From assembly GCF_009914755.1 (NCBI RefSeq), contig NC_060926.1: a DNA stretch of 64,000 bases; one strand, written 5' to 3'. The DNA is from the human T2T-CHM13v2.0 reference genome, Homo sapiens. The notes under the pieces are model-generated. The model had not been told where the DNA came from and searched no databases. It was given only the letters and a program-made list of their open reading frames with translations. The first letter of the stretch is position 1, and each line of letters begins with the position of its first letter. A program made the position numbers and the translations under genes. This document shows, one piece after another, positions 39,645 through 54,656 of the stretch.

Positions 39645-42240
39645 TGACAGAGGAAGAGAAGACTAGGGCCTGGTTTATAGATGGTTCTGCATGATATGAT
39701 TGCACCTCCCACAAATGGACAGCTGCAGCATATAGCCCCTTTCTAGGATATCCCGGAAGGACAGTGGCAAAAGGAAATCTTCCCAGTGGGCTGTACTTCA
39801 AGCAGTGTGCCTGATTGTGTGTTTTGCTTGAAGGAGAAATGACCAGATGTGTGATTATATATTGACGCATGAGCTGTAGCCAGTGGTTTGGCTGGGTGGT
39901 CAGGGACTTGGAAGAAGCATGATTAGAAAACTGGTGACAAAGAGATTTGGGGAAGAGGTATGGGATAGACATCTCTGAGTCATCAAAAACTAAAGACATT
40001 TGTATCCCACATGAATGCTCACCAAAGGGTGACCTCAGAAGAGGAGGATTGTAATTATCAAGTGGATAGGATGACTGATTCTGTGGATACTACACAGCCT
40101 CTTTCCCCTGCTAGCCCTGTCATCACCCAATGGACCCATGAACAAACTGGCCATGGTTGCAGGAATGGAGTTACACATGGGCTCAATGACATGTACTTCT
40201 ACTCACAAGGCAGACCTGGCTACAGTCACTGCTGAGTGCCCAATTTGCCAGCAGAGACCAACACTGAGTTCTCGATGTGGCACTATTCCTGGGGGTGATC
40301 AGCCAGCTACTTGGTGGCAGGTTGGTTATATAGGACGTCTTCCATCATGGAAAGGATAGTGGTTTGTCCTCACTGGAATAGACACTTACTTCAGATACGG
40401 GCTTCTCTATCCTGCATGCGATGCTTCTGCCAATACTACTATCTGTGGACTCACGGAATGCCTTCTCCATTGTCATGGTATTCAACACAGCATTGCCTCT
40501 TACCAAGGCATTCACTTTACAGCTAAAGAAGTGCAGCAGTGGGCTCATGCTTATGGAATTCACTGTTCTTACCATGTTCCCCTGAACGTGTACATCATGA
40601 AGCAGCTGGGTTGATAGAACAGTGGAATGGCCTTTTGAAGGCACAATTACAACACCAACTAGATAACAACATTAAGGGATCTCTGGGGTGTCCCTTTTCT
40701 GGCGGGAAACCTCTGTGGCCAGTGGTGCCTTTGCCCAAGTTCTTGTCCTGTGTCCAGAAAAAATGAGATATGCAGACAGGTGGAGGGTGAGCAAGACAAA
40801 GAGGAGCTTTATTTAGTGTTAGAACATCTCAGAGGAGACCCACAGTGGATAGCTCCTTTGTAGACAGGTCGTCCCATGGAGTGTTCAGCTCTCAACAGGG
40901 AGGAGGCCCTGGAGTGGATGGCTTCTCTCTGCCAGCAGGTCTTCCCATCCTCTCTGCAGCTCTCAGCAGCTGGTAGCCCTCTCCTCTCTGCAGCTGGTAG
41001 TCCTGACGTCTCTGTAGGTCTCTGAATCTCTCAGCAGACAGGACAGCTCCTCTCTCGAGCTGCTCACCTTCTCCTGCTATCAGCAGAGAAGGTAGCTACC
41101 CTCTGCAGCCAGTCATCCCATTGTCTCTGCGTCATCTGGATGCTCTGGGTGAGCCCGGGGCTTTAATGGACCTCACAGGGGAGAAAGTGCACGCCAATTG
41201 GTCCATGGGCGACCATGGTTGGGCCAAGAAAAGGCACCAACAGTCCCCACTCCTGTTTATGGGACTGGCAGCCTAACTCCCAGCCTTCTGGCGCTCCTTG
41301 GCCTGAAGGTGGGGCCTTACCAGGTAGCCACCCACTTCTGCCCAGGAGCCTGTCTGTCTCCCGCTGCAGTCCTTGGTGCTTATGCTCCTGGCACCAAGGG
41401 GCACCTGCAGGCCAGCGCTGAGTTGCCTGCAGCACCCCTTCGGCTTCTCCTCTCACTCTCGTCCCTGCCCAAATTCCGGAGGGGGCCGAAGTGGCAGAGG
41501 TCTGGCATGTCAGCCCCCAGGAACACACGGAGGCTTGGATCTGCAGCCGCAACTTTGGTGGCTGTAGCTCCTCCCAGAAGGGCGGGGTTCCCGCTGGCTC
41601 CGTGGAGCATGCAGCCCTCCCTGCCACAGCCAGCGTGATGGTAGCGGCTGGACATCTGGAGCGGCCGCTGCCGTCAACAATACTTTGTAGGACCGGGGCA
41701 AAGTTCTCCAGAAGACTGTGTATACCCTGATTCAGTGTCCAATATATGGTGCTATTTCTCTCATAACCAAGACCCATGGGTCCAGGAATCAAGGGGTGGA
41801 AGTGGAAGTGGCACCACTCACCATCACCCCTAGTGACCTACTAGCAAAATTGTTCCTACCTGTTCCTGTGACATGTTCTGCTGCCCTAGAGGTCTTAGTT
41901 GCAGAGGGAGGAATCCTGCCATCAGGAGACACAACAAATGATTCCATTAAACTTGAAGTTAAGATTGCTACCTGGCCACTTTGGGCTCCTCCTACCTCTA
42001 TGTTAACAGGCTAGGAAGGGAGTTACATTGTTGGATGGGGTGATTGACCTGGAATATCAAGATGAAATCAGTCTACTACTCCACATTGGAAGTAAGGAAG
42101 AGTATGTATGGAATACAGGAGCTCCCATAGGGGATCTCTTAGTATTACCATGCCCTGTGATTAATGTCAATAGGAAACTACAACAACCCAATCTAGGCAG
42201 AACTACAAATGGCCCAGACCCTTCAGGAATGAAGGTTTGA
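39645..42240 (+). pseudogene. pol: HERV-L pol (RNase H, integrase) and dUTPase remnants
   Basis: ORF fragments 40011, 40138, 40539, 41718 and 42028 carry the motifs; frameshifted and interrupted by MER52. Confidence 0.85.
40670..41676 (-). mobile_element. MER52 solo LTR inserted in HERV-L integrase
   Basis: Homologous to the LTRs at 4216 and 10705; TSD ACAA at 40666-40669 and 41677-41680; HERV-L sequence is continuous across the insert. Confidence 0.9.
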
Positions 42241-42386
42241 GTCACTCCCCTAGGCAAAAACTAAGACCCACTGAGGTGCTTGCAGAAGGCAAAGGGAATA
42301 TAGAATGGGTAGTAAAAGAAGGTAGTCATCAATACCAGCTACACCCATGTTACCAGTTGCAGAAACGAGGACTATAATTGTCATGA

Positions 42387-42704
<318 letters not shown>

Positions 42705-42997
42705 TATTTTGTTAAGAGCATGTTTGTGCATGTATACACTTGTACTAAGAAAATATCTTCATTTTACTTCCTTTCTTTTTCATTTATCATGTGACATAAG
42801 ATTTATTGACTTCATTTCATCATTTAAGTGTTGTTAACTTTATGTAACATTTAGGTTAAGGATTAGTGCCCTCTTGGTTGTACTAGGGATAGCTGTATTA
42901 TGTTAAGCATAATTATGACCTTAGTATTGTCTTTACTTGGAGATTATATATGATTTCAGGAGAATGTGCATGAGATTAAGTTGAAAAGGGGTACACT

Positions 42998-43542
42998 TAT
43001 GGTTAATATTAAGTGGCAACTTGATTGGATTGAAGGATGCAAAGTACTGTTCCTGGGTGTGTCTGTGACGGTGTTGCCAAAGGAGATTAACATACGAGTC
43101 AGTGGACTGGAAGATGCAGACCCACCCTCAATCTGGGTGAGCACCATCTAATCAGCTGCCAGCATGGCTGGAATAAAGCAGGCAGAAGAAGGTGGGAGAG
43201 GCTGACTTACTGAGTCTTCCAGCCTTTATCTCCTCCCATGCTGGATGCTTCCTGCCCTGAAACATCATACTCCCAGTTCTTCAGCTTTTGTACACTTGAA
43301 CTTACACCAGTGCTTTGCCAGGGGTTCTTGGACCTTCAGCCACAGACTAAAGTCTGCACTGTCAGCTTCCCTAGTTTTGAGGTTTTGGGACTCAGACTGG
43401 CTTCCTTACTCCTCAGCTTGCAAACGGCTTATTGTGCAACTTCACCTTGTGATTGTGTGAGTCAATACTTCTTAATAAACTCCCCTTCACACATACATCT
43501 ATCCTATTAGTTCTGTCGGTCTAGAGGACCCTGACTAATACA
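42998..43542 (+). mobile_element. MLT2A2-like 3' LTR
   Basis: 'atggttaatatt...gcaaagtactgttcctgggtgtgtctg...aataaactcccc...ccctgactaataca', preceded by PPT 'gaaaagggg'. Confidence 0.9.
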
Positions 43543-43639
43543 CATGCATTTTCAGTGTATTTAAGATTCATGATAGTTATCTATGCAATGTTCATAGTTT
43601 TCAGGAAATAGATTTTACGGTAGAAATTTAAGTTCAGGG

Positions 43640-43890
43640 ATTCATTGTGGATTGATCTCAATATCAACACATAAGGAGAGGTTACAAATAGAATTGGGCA
43701 AAGAGAGAAGTTGGAGTGGAAAGTATTCACAACGAAGCCCTCCACCAATTTCAGGAGAGTTTTGAAACTTTGATGGCCCTTCAGAGTTGTCCCAAATTTA
43801 AATAATAAGATGGTACATACACTAGTCATTGAAAGCTAACTGCCCCTTAGAAGTGGACTTGAGCATAGGTAAAGTGGTTTTCTTCAGCAA
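43640..43890 (-). mobile_element. LTR16-like (ERVL) fragment
   Basis: 'attgggcaaagagagaagttg...gatggcccttcagagttgtccca' motif. Confidence 0.5.
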
Positions 43891-46073
43891 AAGTCCTTAT
43901 GGTAGCATAGAATTTCTTCCCTAATAGTGTTTAAAATATTAGTTCATAAACCCTATGATTTTATGAATTTGCTAATATTAAGAAACCATGTATATAACCT
44001 AATATCTGACACAATATGACATATATTAGTTGCCTTATAATACTGGTTACTGAGAGTTATTGAATTTATCCTGCAAAATCGTATATTAGGTTATTGGTAA
44101 GCATATTGTGATGTCCTTGTTTGACAAAAGAGACTTAATTTCCTATTATTTCAGATATTTAATGACTGAAAACTTAGGATAAAACCTTCTGTCAAGCGTT
44201 TTATTTATGCTGTTACTAAAATGTATATCTAAAATATATTGTAAAATTGACCTAACAATGCTCTCTCATATGAAATTCAACCTTACATTTTATAAAATAT
44301 TTTAGTCAATACCTGTCAGTAAATTATTTGATAAAAGTATAGATTATTTAGCAATATTTCTCACATTTATACGCTGAACCAAGTAACACAAGAATTTTAT
44401 TCAGATATTTTGACAAAGTTCTATTTTTATTAATACTGATGTTGTCAAGGTTGTTCATTTTCCAAAAATGGATAAATTTAAGCACTAGTTACAAAGAACA
44501 CTGGGTTTTTAAAATCACATTTAGAATATTTAATTTCCCTTCCATCTGATAATAATTTTGCATGTAAAAAATAACACAAAACTATGTCAATTTGAAATAA
44601 CCACCCACACACCTTATGGATTTAAAATATTGTGTGGGCTTGAAATCATGAGCATGTTCTGTAAGCATGATCTCCAAAAGCATATTTTTCTTAAAAAATT
44701 ATAATAATGACAGTTGTTGAACCAAATGATTTGATATTTTAATGTCAGGAACTTGCTCAGTAGTCTCTGGATCTTGGTTTATAGTGTTAACTAGAACATT
44801 TGGATTTCAAGGACATAAAGTCTCATGATAGTAAAATATAGTAACACAAAATTTTAGAATGAAGAGGGAACAGAAAGTCCATTAAAAGCTATCATCTAAC
44901 ATTGCCTGGAGTGTTTATTTTTAAGTGCATATTTTTGTTGTAGAGGGAAAGATTATGATCTCTACCAATTTAAACTGTACTTTCCGAGCATATGGATGTA
45001 ATATAAGATAAAGGGTACACATTTTCAGGGAGTCTTTAAGAACTATGTTTAATTCCTGAGCAGACTTGGCACTGTACAAGTGGAATGTAAGGCATGATTA
45101 ACAATTTCACACAACTGATTGATACTTAAAACATGGTAAGATAAATATGGAGATTTCTTTTCCCTTTGCTGTCCACTAAATGAGTAAAATTGTTTACTGC
45201 ACATACATGGGCCACTTGGAGCAATTTTCAGGATAATTTTTCTATTCAAACGCTCCTGAGTGTTAACTGTTCCTTTTATATCTGGTTTCAAATTAAAGGC
45301 TAGAGAGTAGTATTCTTATAAACATGTCCCATATTTTTCTCATTAGGGTAATTATCGTACATAAAGCAATATTATAACAAATAGAAAAATGAAAAGATTT
45401 CATTAACAGAAAATGAAATGTGTAAAACTAAAAAAAAAGTGTAAGATAGTCATGTAAACTTACTCAGCAGCATTTTCCTTCTGGTGTCTTACTGAAATTT
45501 AATTCACCAGGTTTACACTTAACAACTAAGGAGGGATTCATAGGTTTTAAATATATTTATAACTATGTTTAGTCATTCTCAAAATATGTGATTTAATCAT
45601 CATTTGGGGGAAAATGTATTCTTTTTTTGTTTTATAAACATTAAATGGATTAAAACTGGAATCTATTTTTTATTTTAATATTCCTAAATTCCAGTAAATA
45701 GACATACCTCAGTTTATTCCTCAGTCAACAACCACTGTTTCATCTATTTACAAATTTTGAACATTTAGATGTCCTTTGAAAACAAGTGTTGAACTTACAT
45801 AGACATTATATGTAGTTGGCATTTTCTAGGTCCCTAATAACATTATTAGGTCCCCATTAGGAACCTAGAAAATACCAAATAAATATATATGACATCAACC
45901 ACATTCCTATAGGCAGACATGTCACTGGATGGATAAATGACATAAACATGAGGAATACATAACTAACCAAAAAGAAAAAAAATTATAATTTCACAGTAAT
46001 TAAAATGAATGTTCAAAGGACACTAAAGAAGTAAATATCTGTATTGCAGTTATTAAGAATTGGTTAAATATAA

Positions 46074-46614
<541 letters not shown>

Positions 46615-47049
46615 TCAAGGCTTAATTCTTGAGTGGAAGAAAATTACTTAATTGTGCCATCTGTAAAATACTATCACCAAATTGGCCTGTTAACATGGAA
46701 AAAATGTAACTGTATATTTATCCAATTGCTTGTCACTATTGTGAAGTCATTTTGTAATGTCAGAGGAAAACAGAGTAGATGTTTGATAAATGTTTCTGCC
46801 TTGTAAGTATAGGTATAGATGTTCAGATGCTGGATTGGGCCTGCTATTGGGCCACAAATCAAATTCAATTCTGCTGATATACATTAAGCGGTTATTATAT
46901 GAGAGGCATTATGTACAAATTATATAAAATACATGAGAAATATGTAGATGTTGGTTTTTTGTTGTCCACAAATCTTATAGGCTACAAACATATGTAAACA
47001 ATTAATTAAAATATTAAAATATTTTTCTGTAAGTGCAGTCTATATGAGA

Positions 47050-47540
47050 GGCTCTACATAGTGTGGTTAAGAGCGCAGTAACCCAGAGCACAGATCAAAG
47101 CTCTACCACTTGCTAGTTGTGTGACACTGTGAAAGTAACTTAAACTCTTAACTTCAGTCCTCTCATATGTAAAATGGTAATAATAACAATTTTTCACAGA
47201 TGTGTTGTGAGAACTAAATTAGACACCTACATGTAACGTCAGAAGTTCAATGACTGTCATATGGCAGATGTTCAATAGACATTACCTGTTATTTTGCTAT
47301 TGTTAAAATCATTTTATTAACAAGGTAATGTTATGAAAGAACAAATGTGTAATTCTGGGACACAATAATTGTTTATATTATTTTATATATTGTGCTAATT
47401 ACTTTAGATCTTATAGTAAATTAAATCCTACACAACTCTAAAAAATAAACATTACTATTTTTCCGATTTTATAGCTGAGGAAAATGAAGCTTAATGAGGT
47501 TAAACTGGCACTCGAAACCAGGTTCATTTGCAAAACTGCT
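47050..47540. mobile_element. Two MIR fragments (plus then minus)
   Basis: 'gtggttaagagc...ctctaccacttgctagttgtgtgac...cagtcctctcatatgtaaaatgg' and 'attttatagctgaggaaaatgaagctt'. Confidence 0.75.
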
Positions 47541-48313
47541 GCCACTGAAATATTCAGTGCGTAAGGGACAGGGAGGGGCATGCTAGGTGGAGAGAATACA
47601 ATGTGTAGAGACATGTTTATTCACTGAACATTTTGTCTCAGCCTGTTTTTTCTGTATAATACTTCCTATGATTGCCAACCCCCAGAGTTTCTTGTCTTCA
47701 GCCACTTCTCAAATAAGATGTATTTACACTACCCATGTATTTATCACCCATGCTTTAACTGTAACTAACTCTTACTGGAATTCCATTTTCCAGTCAATTC
47801 TCAAAGAGATAGGTGATGCTTCTCAATTCTTCAAAACCAAATGAAGCCCTGAAAGCTTGGATTTCAGTGCTGTTGCATCTGCCTTGATCTTCATTGTGCA
47901 AATGTCTCCTATTATTCTGCAAATGGTTGTTTTGCTTTAGTGAAGCTGGATTTTTTTCTGTTTTTTTTGTGAATATAACTTTTCTTATTCCTTCTTCTAT
48001 GCCATTGATCCAACTCCTACTGCCTTCTAGAAAACTTTCCCCATTCTGTTCCACTCATTTAAATACTTCAATTCTCCAATATCTAGATTGCATTTCTTCT
48101 ACCCCAACTCTGAGATTTTCATCAATCCTAATGATCCCATACCTGAGGCAAAATTTATCAGGGAACATTCTATCTTCAAAGCTTCAAGACATTCTGTAAT
48201 GCCAAAGTATAAAGTGTAGGTAGAAGACAGCCTCCTGAGAGATTATTCTCTGTCCTTTTGCTTTTAAAATAGAATAAACCAAACATCATGATAGTATGCC
48301 TATTATTGGTGAC

Positions 48314-48606
48314 TTTTTTTTTTTTTTTTTTTTTTTGAGACGGAGTCTCGCTCTGTCACCCTGGCGCGATCTCGGCTCACTACAAGTTCTGACTCCCGGG
48401 TTCACACCATTCTCCTGCCTCAGCCTCCGAGTAGCTGGGACTACAGGCGCCTGCCACCACGCCCGGCTAATTTTTTCGTATTTTTTTTAGTAGAGACGGG
48501 GTTTCACCGTGTTAGCCAGGATGGTCTCGATCTCCTGACCTCTTGATCTGCCCGCCTCGGCCTCTCAAAGTGCTGGGATTACAGGCGTGAGCCGCTGCGT
48601 CCGGTC
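48314..48606 (-). mobile_element. AluY with a 14-bp internal deletion
   Basis: 'gttagccaggatggtctcgatctcc' Y-type; lacks 'aggctggagtgcag' near 48361. Confidence 0.9.
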
Positions 48607-49159
48607 TGTTTGTTTGTTTTTTTATTACAATGGCAAGCACTTTCAGATTCAGAAGTTCTTGGTGGAATAAGTTGTGCTGCAAAATATATAAAATACAACT
48701 CAAAATAAGTTACATAATCAAGGAAGTTTGTTGGCCCAAATAACAAAAATGTCCAGTATTACCAAGTACTTCAGTCAAGGCTTGACCCAGAGACTTCATG
48801 ATTTCACCAAATATCGGACTTCATTTTTATTTCTGCAATTCTTTCATTGCAGAAGGTAGCTTTCATCCTAAAACTGCCCACTGCCCCCAGTCACAACCCA
48901 ATGTAGTCAAAATACAGCTGCCAGGAGATCATGGAAGGAACATTATTTTAATTTCTATCCAGCTAGAAAAGGTATCACCTTTATCTGGTAATTTTTTGAC
49001 ATCCAGTATTCTGAGATTCACTCTGATTGGATTGACCAAGTCAGAAAGCACCACTAAATCTATTGATGGAGCCAAGAAATGGAGCACTTTTTTATTCAGT
49101 TTAGGTTACGTGCTTTACATTCTCAATATGAAGTTAGATTTTACAGAACCAAGAGAAAA

Positions 49160-50520
49160 TTAGGGGAGGATGAAAATCTTACAATATTGAATCATCCAAT
49201 GAATGGTCTTTAAATATTTCTTCAGTTGTTTGGCTGATATTATTTTTCTCTCAGAAATGGTTTAGTTTGTTTCCAATTTAGAAGTCTTGAACATCTTTTA
49301 TTAAATTTATTCCTAGGTATTCTACATCTTTGACGTTATTGTAAATGATATTGCTTTTTAATCTCAATTCTGTTTTTTGTTGTTAAAAGTTAAAAGTCTA
49401 TTCATTTTATATACTGACCTCTTATCCAGAAGCATTGTTAAATTAATGCTTTGAATAATTTTAATTTATTTAATAACATATGTTTCATTAATAATATTTA
49501 CATAATTTCTTTTGGATTTTTTAATGTACAAAATAATTCATTTTCAAATAATGTCAGTTTTACTCGTGCTTTTCATTCTTTATAACTTTTTTCCTTTCCT
49601 GCTATTTTCTCCTGGATAGGAAAGCCAATATAAGATTGAGTAAAAATTATAAGAATGAATATTTTGTGTCCTTTGAATTAAGATGAAAAGTGTTGAATAT
49701 TTTACCTTTAAGTATGATGTTGACACTTTTTTATTGTAGATGAATTTTAACAGATTTTGTAAGTTCCCTTTACTGAGAGACTGTATTTTAAAGAAATATT
49801 GAATTTTAACAAGTGCCTTTTCCTCATTTGTTGAAAGAATGAAAAAATTTCTTTAAAAACACAGCTATTAAAACATTTTTCTTAGAATTTGTCAATTTTA
49901 TATTAATTGGTATACAGACATACGGTTTCTTAAACATCTTATTGTCTATAAATGTCTTTAATACCTGTAGTAATATCCCTTATTTATTGTGAATAAACAG
50001 GGACACAAATTTTTTTTATTCACAAAATCTCTTTTGTCTTTAATGAAAGAAAAAAGGTAACAAATGTTGATGTGGGTCTGTATTGTACATCTACTTTCTA
50101 TTTCATTAAGTTCTACTCTTACTTTTATTACTGGGTTTCTTCCATATTCTTTGAGTTTTTCAAACTTTTTTTTCTTCTGTTGGAAAATTACATTATTAAT
50201 TTTTCAATCTTCTTGTAAATATATATGTATGTACCTATAATATATGCAAATATAGATGTATGCAAATATATATTTAGAGGTAACTTTTCCTCTAAGCACT
50301 GGGTCGGCCTCATAAGTCCTGATATGTTGTATTTCCTTTTTTTTTGTTTAATATTTTTAAAATTTCCATTGTGATTTACTTGACATATGATTTATTAATA
50401 CTCCTTAATTTCCAAACATTTCAGAATTTCTATCCTTCAGTTATTGATTTCTACTTTTCTCTTATTAATTAGCAGTTTAAATTCACTGAAGTAATCAAGT
50501 CTATTTTATGCAAATTATTT
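49160..50520 (-). mobile_element. Old L1ME-type ORF2 fragments
   Basis: 'cttacaatattgaatcatccaat', 'ttaaatttattcctaggtat' and 'ttttcctctaagcactg'. Confidence 0.65.
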
Positions 50521-52289
50521 GAAATGAAAATGACATGTACACACACACCCACACACACAAATACACATCCACTTGCCCTCACAAGCATGCATGTATATAC
50601 ATTTAATTAATTCAAGTGGGCGAACTGTGTTGTTCAAGGCAGACATGATGTTCACTGTTTTATTCTCAGTGCTTGTCATGGTACAAGACATGGAATAAAA
50701 TATGTTTGTCTGACACTATGTATTTTTTGGGAGAAATTTAACACTGTATCCAAAGGAAAATGAGTTTCAAGTTTTCATAAAAAGATTTCAAAACAGGCAT
50801 TTAAATTACAAGAAATGAAAAAGTTAGGAAAAAATTCATAATTAAAACCATAAGGGTTTTGATTAAAAGGAATTCAAATATTACTTGATGAATACTATTT
50901 GCTATCTAGAAAATGTATTTTTAATTGTCTATGCATATTCAAGAGTTATTTTAAAAATAGAAATTGAAACATGCCTTTTCAACTTATAATAATTTTCAGT
51001 TTCAAATTTGCTGTACACAGAAACTACAATCTACATAATTAATTTTCAAATCTTACATGTGCAGTACTTTTAATGGCATTGAGATATGTTAGTAGAGTAG
51101 GTCCACCAGGTCATTTGCATCTACCCTTCTTAACGCATGATAATGTGTCTGGGAGCTTCTATTATTCCTACCTTAAATTCTCTCCTTGAGGTCTACCTTG
51201 AAAATAATGTATCTGAAGCTACTGGAAAACTATTTTTGTCAGAGAGATATCAGAAATAAAATTCTAGAAGGATGAAAATCATCGGACAAGAATTAATTGC
51301 TCCTTCAAAATGTTTTCCTTTCTTTGGTCCTATATAATTTGAAGGCTATATCAGAATTGTTTTAGACAATGTAATTTTCTATTTAGATAAAATAGATTAT
51401 TACCTCTAATCCCTCTATCCAGACCTCTGTGCCTAAGTTGTCTACTTCAAAATTTGGTACAAAAAACATTTTAAGGTTTCTACTAAGTTTTTCATTCCCT
51501 GAGAAAAAATCCTTAAAAGTGTAGAAAACAAATTATCTCTAAATATTTGTATGCATGCATCTGTAGATTAAGAAATATGTGAACTAACACAGGATTCGGG
51601 GATTTAAATGTTGATCTCAGTTCAAAAATTTTTTAACAACACCCTAAAACTAGATTTTCTAACATTTCTAGAAATGTAATAGCATTTTTAACGTTCTACA
51701 GAATTTAATACTTTTTTCTTATTGACAAGTGTTTTGAATTCACACTTATTAGTCATAAAATATGTTAAAAATTATAAAATTTAGAGCTATTTAAAGAGCT
51801 ATAGAACTTATCTAATCCAGAGTTATTTGACAGATAAAAAAACTGAGATCCAGCAGGTTTTCAGGACTTGGCAAAATGTTATTTGACAGGGCCAAGGATG
51901 AACTATGGTTTCTTGATTTTAGAAATCTTGTTTGGATTTTTCAGACACAGACTTAAAGCTCTCATTTCATGTGAGTGATTTCTAATTCCCATATAACTTG
52001 TGGAATTAGATATCATTTCCTAATTCCACAAATTATGCTAAACTGTGTGAGCCTCATGTGCCTTAAGCATCCACCACTCCCAAAGTTATTGTTTAGCCAA
52101 CTTTATCACAACTTGTAGAGCAATGACTACCTTACACATCATTGTATCTCCAGTACTATTAACCTACTCACAAAACAGGAGTTCTGTAAATATTTTATAA
52201 ATAAATGAATACATTCAAGAGACAATGAAAAAAAGCAAGTAGGCTTACTTACAGGGGCTGAACTGTAATCATCAAAATATGAAACAACA

Positions 52290-52740
52290 CAAATTTCTTT
52301 TTACTGAAGAATGTCTAAACACACTGTGGTACATTCATCCAAAGGAACACTACATTAAAATGGAAAGAACTAATGTGCACAACAATATGAATGAACCACA
52401 AGGCACTACTCTAAGTAAAATTATACAGATATAAAAGGTTATGTACAGTATCACTTATATGACATTTCTGGAAAAAAACAAACTATAGGAACAGAAAATA
52501 GATAAATGGTTTTTAATTGTTGGTAGTGGGAGAGAGTGGTTAGCTGAAAAAAAGACAAGAGGAAATTTTCTAATGTGACAAGCAACTTTAATGTTGATTA
52601 TAGTGGTGATTACACTACTTTATGCATTTGCCAAAAGTTGGAGAGCCATATGGGAAAAAAAATGGGATGAATTTACTCTGTGAAAATTGTTCTCCGATGT
52701 AATGTGTAAAATATATTTTATTTATAAAATAAAATATAAA
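52290..52740 (+). mobile_element. L1M 3' end
   Basis: 'taaacacactgtggtacattcatcc...ttatatgacatt...aaactatagg'. Confidence 0.7.
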
Positions 52741-52860
52741 ATTGGTTATTTTACAAAGTTGCTTTAGGATTATTTAATAGTAATCCCGATTATTAACTCA
52801 ATTTTACATTAAATGAATATTTACTACCATGTCAAAATTTATGTTTCTTTGTTTTGCCGG

Positions 52861-53135
52861 TATATCAGTCAGGGCTCATTAAGAAAAAGAAAATTGTAAG
52901 GAGATATGGTGAGAGATTTATTACATGGGATTGGCTTAAACAATTATGAGGCTGGCTACACAAGTCCAAATCCACAGGTCCAGCCAAGCTGGAAATCTCA
53001 GGTGTGGGCTGAAGTTGCTGTCCACAAGCAGAATTTATACTTTATCAGGGACACCTCAGCTCTGCTTTTGAGGTCTTTGAACTGACTGAATCAGGCCTAC
53101 TCAGGTTATCTGAGATACTTTATTTTATTAAACCA
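52861..53135 (-). mobile_element. Old MLT2-type LTR fragment
   Basis: 'tatatcagtcagggctc...gagatttatt...ggattggctta...caagtccaaatcc'. Confidence 0.55.
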
Positions 53136-54194
53136 AATTTGATAGTTATGCCCTTGATAATCACAGGCAAAATTCAAAGGTTCAGTTTGTTATTATGAAA
53201 CAGTAACAATTCTTACGACTTTTAAACAAATGTGGTGAGCCTTAATCTTTTAGCTAAAAGGGTTTTTGCTAGAAAGTTTGCATCTTCTAAAACTCTTTTT
53301 CAGAGATTTTTTTCCAATTGTAGAACTGTCAGGCCAGAAATCTATGAAAAGTTAAAACCTCTCCTAAATATACATAAAATAATAAATAAAACTAATCACT
53401 CTTCAAGGGAAGTTTATCTTGTACACAAGTAGTTCTATGAATTTTTAATATCATTCCTATAAGCAGTCTAGTATGTTTAAGAAGACTCCTTTAGAACTTA
53501 AATTTGTTCTATTATATTTTTTTAAAGTTTAACATGAAAGTTAAAATAGTAAAATGTAGGTTTATAAAAGCCAATATAATTCTTAATTTATTTAAAGGCT
53601 TGGATATAAGGATACTAATAAAGAGTTCTCTGTCCTAAGAGTCTGTCAATAACAGGGAACCAAAAATAACTGAAATAAAAATGAATCTTATATCTCCTTT
53701 AAACAAATATAAAAGATTCAAGGATTGGATCTATTTCAAAAACATCCACATAGCAGGAAAAGAGAGTTCTATTCTTGTTTCTATCATTAAGTTCGCTTGC
53801 TTTCCCCAGTAGATATGGTTACATAAAGTTTTCACTACATTTTTGTAGAAATAAAAGTTCTAAAAGACTCTACTCAAGATATTAAATAGTATAGAAAGAT
53901 GTTTTATTATAAAGGCAAGTAAGGAGTTGATTCCAGATTATCTCATTTGGAACATGACTGGCTGTAGCATGTTATAATTCTGTTGCAATGTGTTTTATTG
54001 GGGAAAGGAAATAAACTGAAAATCGAAAAGCCAAAAATATAAAATAGGTAAAATAAATTACTATTTACATACCTAAGATTCTGTAATGAATGGTTAAACA
54101 AAATATTTTATCAAAAAGATTTTTGAGAGGAATAACTGTCAAAAAGCAAAGGATAATGTAAATGTATATTTTTGCTTCTTAAAAATGTGGTTCT

Positions 54195-54423
54195 AATGAG
54201 AACACCTGGACACAGGGAGGGGAACATCACACCTTGGGGCCTGTCAGAGGTGGGGTAGAAGGGGAGGAACAGCATTAAGACAAACACCTGATGCATGCAG
54301 GGCTTAAAACCTAGATGATGGATTGATGGGTGCAGCAAATCACCATGGCACATGTATACCTATGTAACAAACCTGCACTTTCTGCACATGTATCCCAGAA
54401 TTAAAATATAATAATAATAAAAA
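54195..54423 (+). mobile_element. Short L1PA7/8-like 3' end
   Basis: 3' UTR 'ggggcttaaaacctagatgatgg...gcagcaaatcaccatggcac'; TSD core gtggttctaa at 54187-54196 and 54424-54433. Confidence 0.88.
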
Positions 54424-54656
54424 GTGGTTCTAAAATAATTTTATAACTTCCGCTCTCTTCCAGAGAAAAAATTAAAGTGTTATAATGCAGATTGTCATGG
54501 AGAAAGGGAAAGAGTAGTTCAATATATTTAAGAGACTTTATCTAAGAAATAATCTCCTCTCAACACAACTTTTCCATTTTAATTGTATGTACTGATTCCT
54601 CACAAAACTTCTATCAAAATTCCCCTAAAAACAAAATTGAGTAAAGCGTGCACTGA

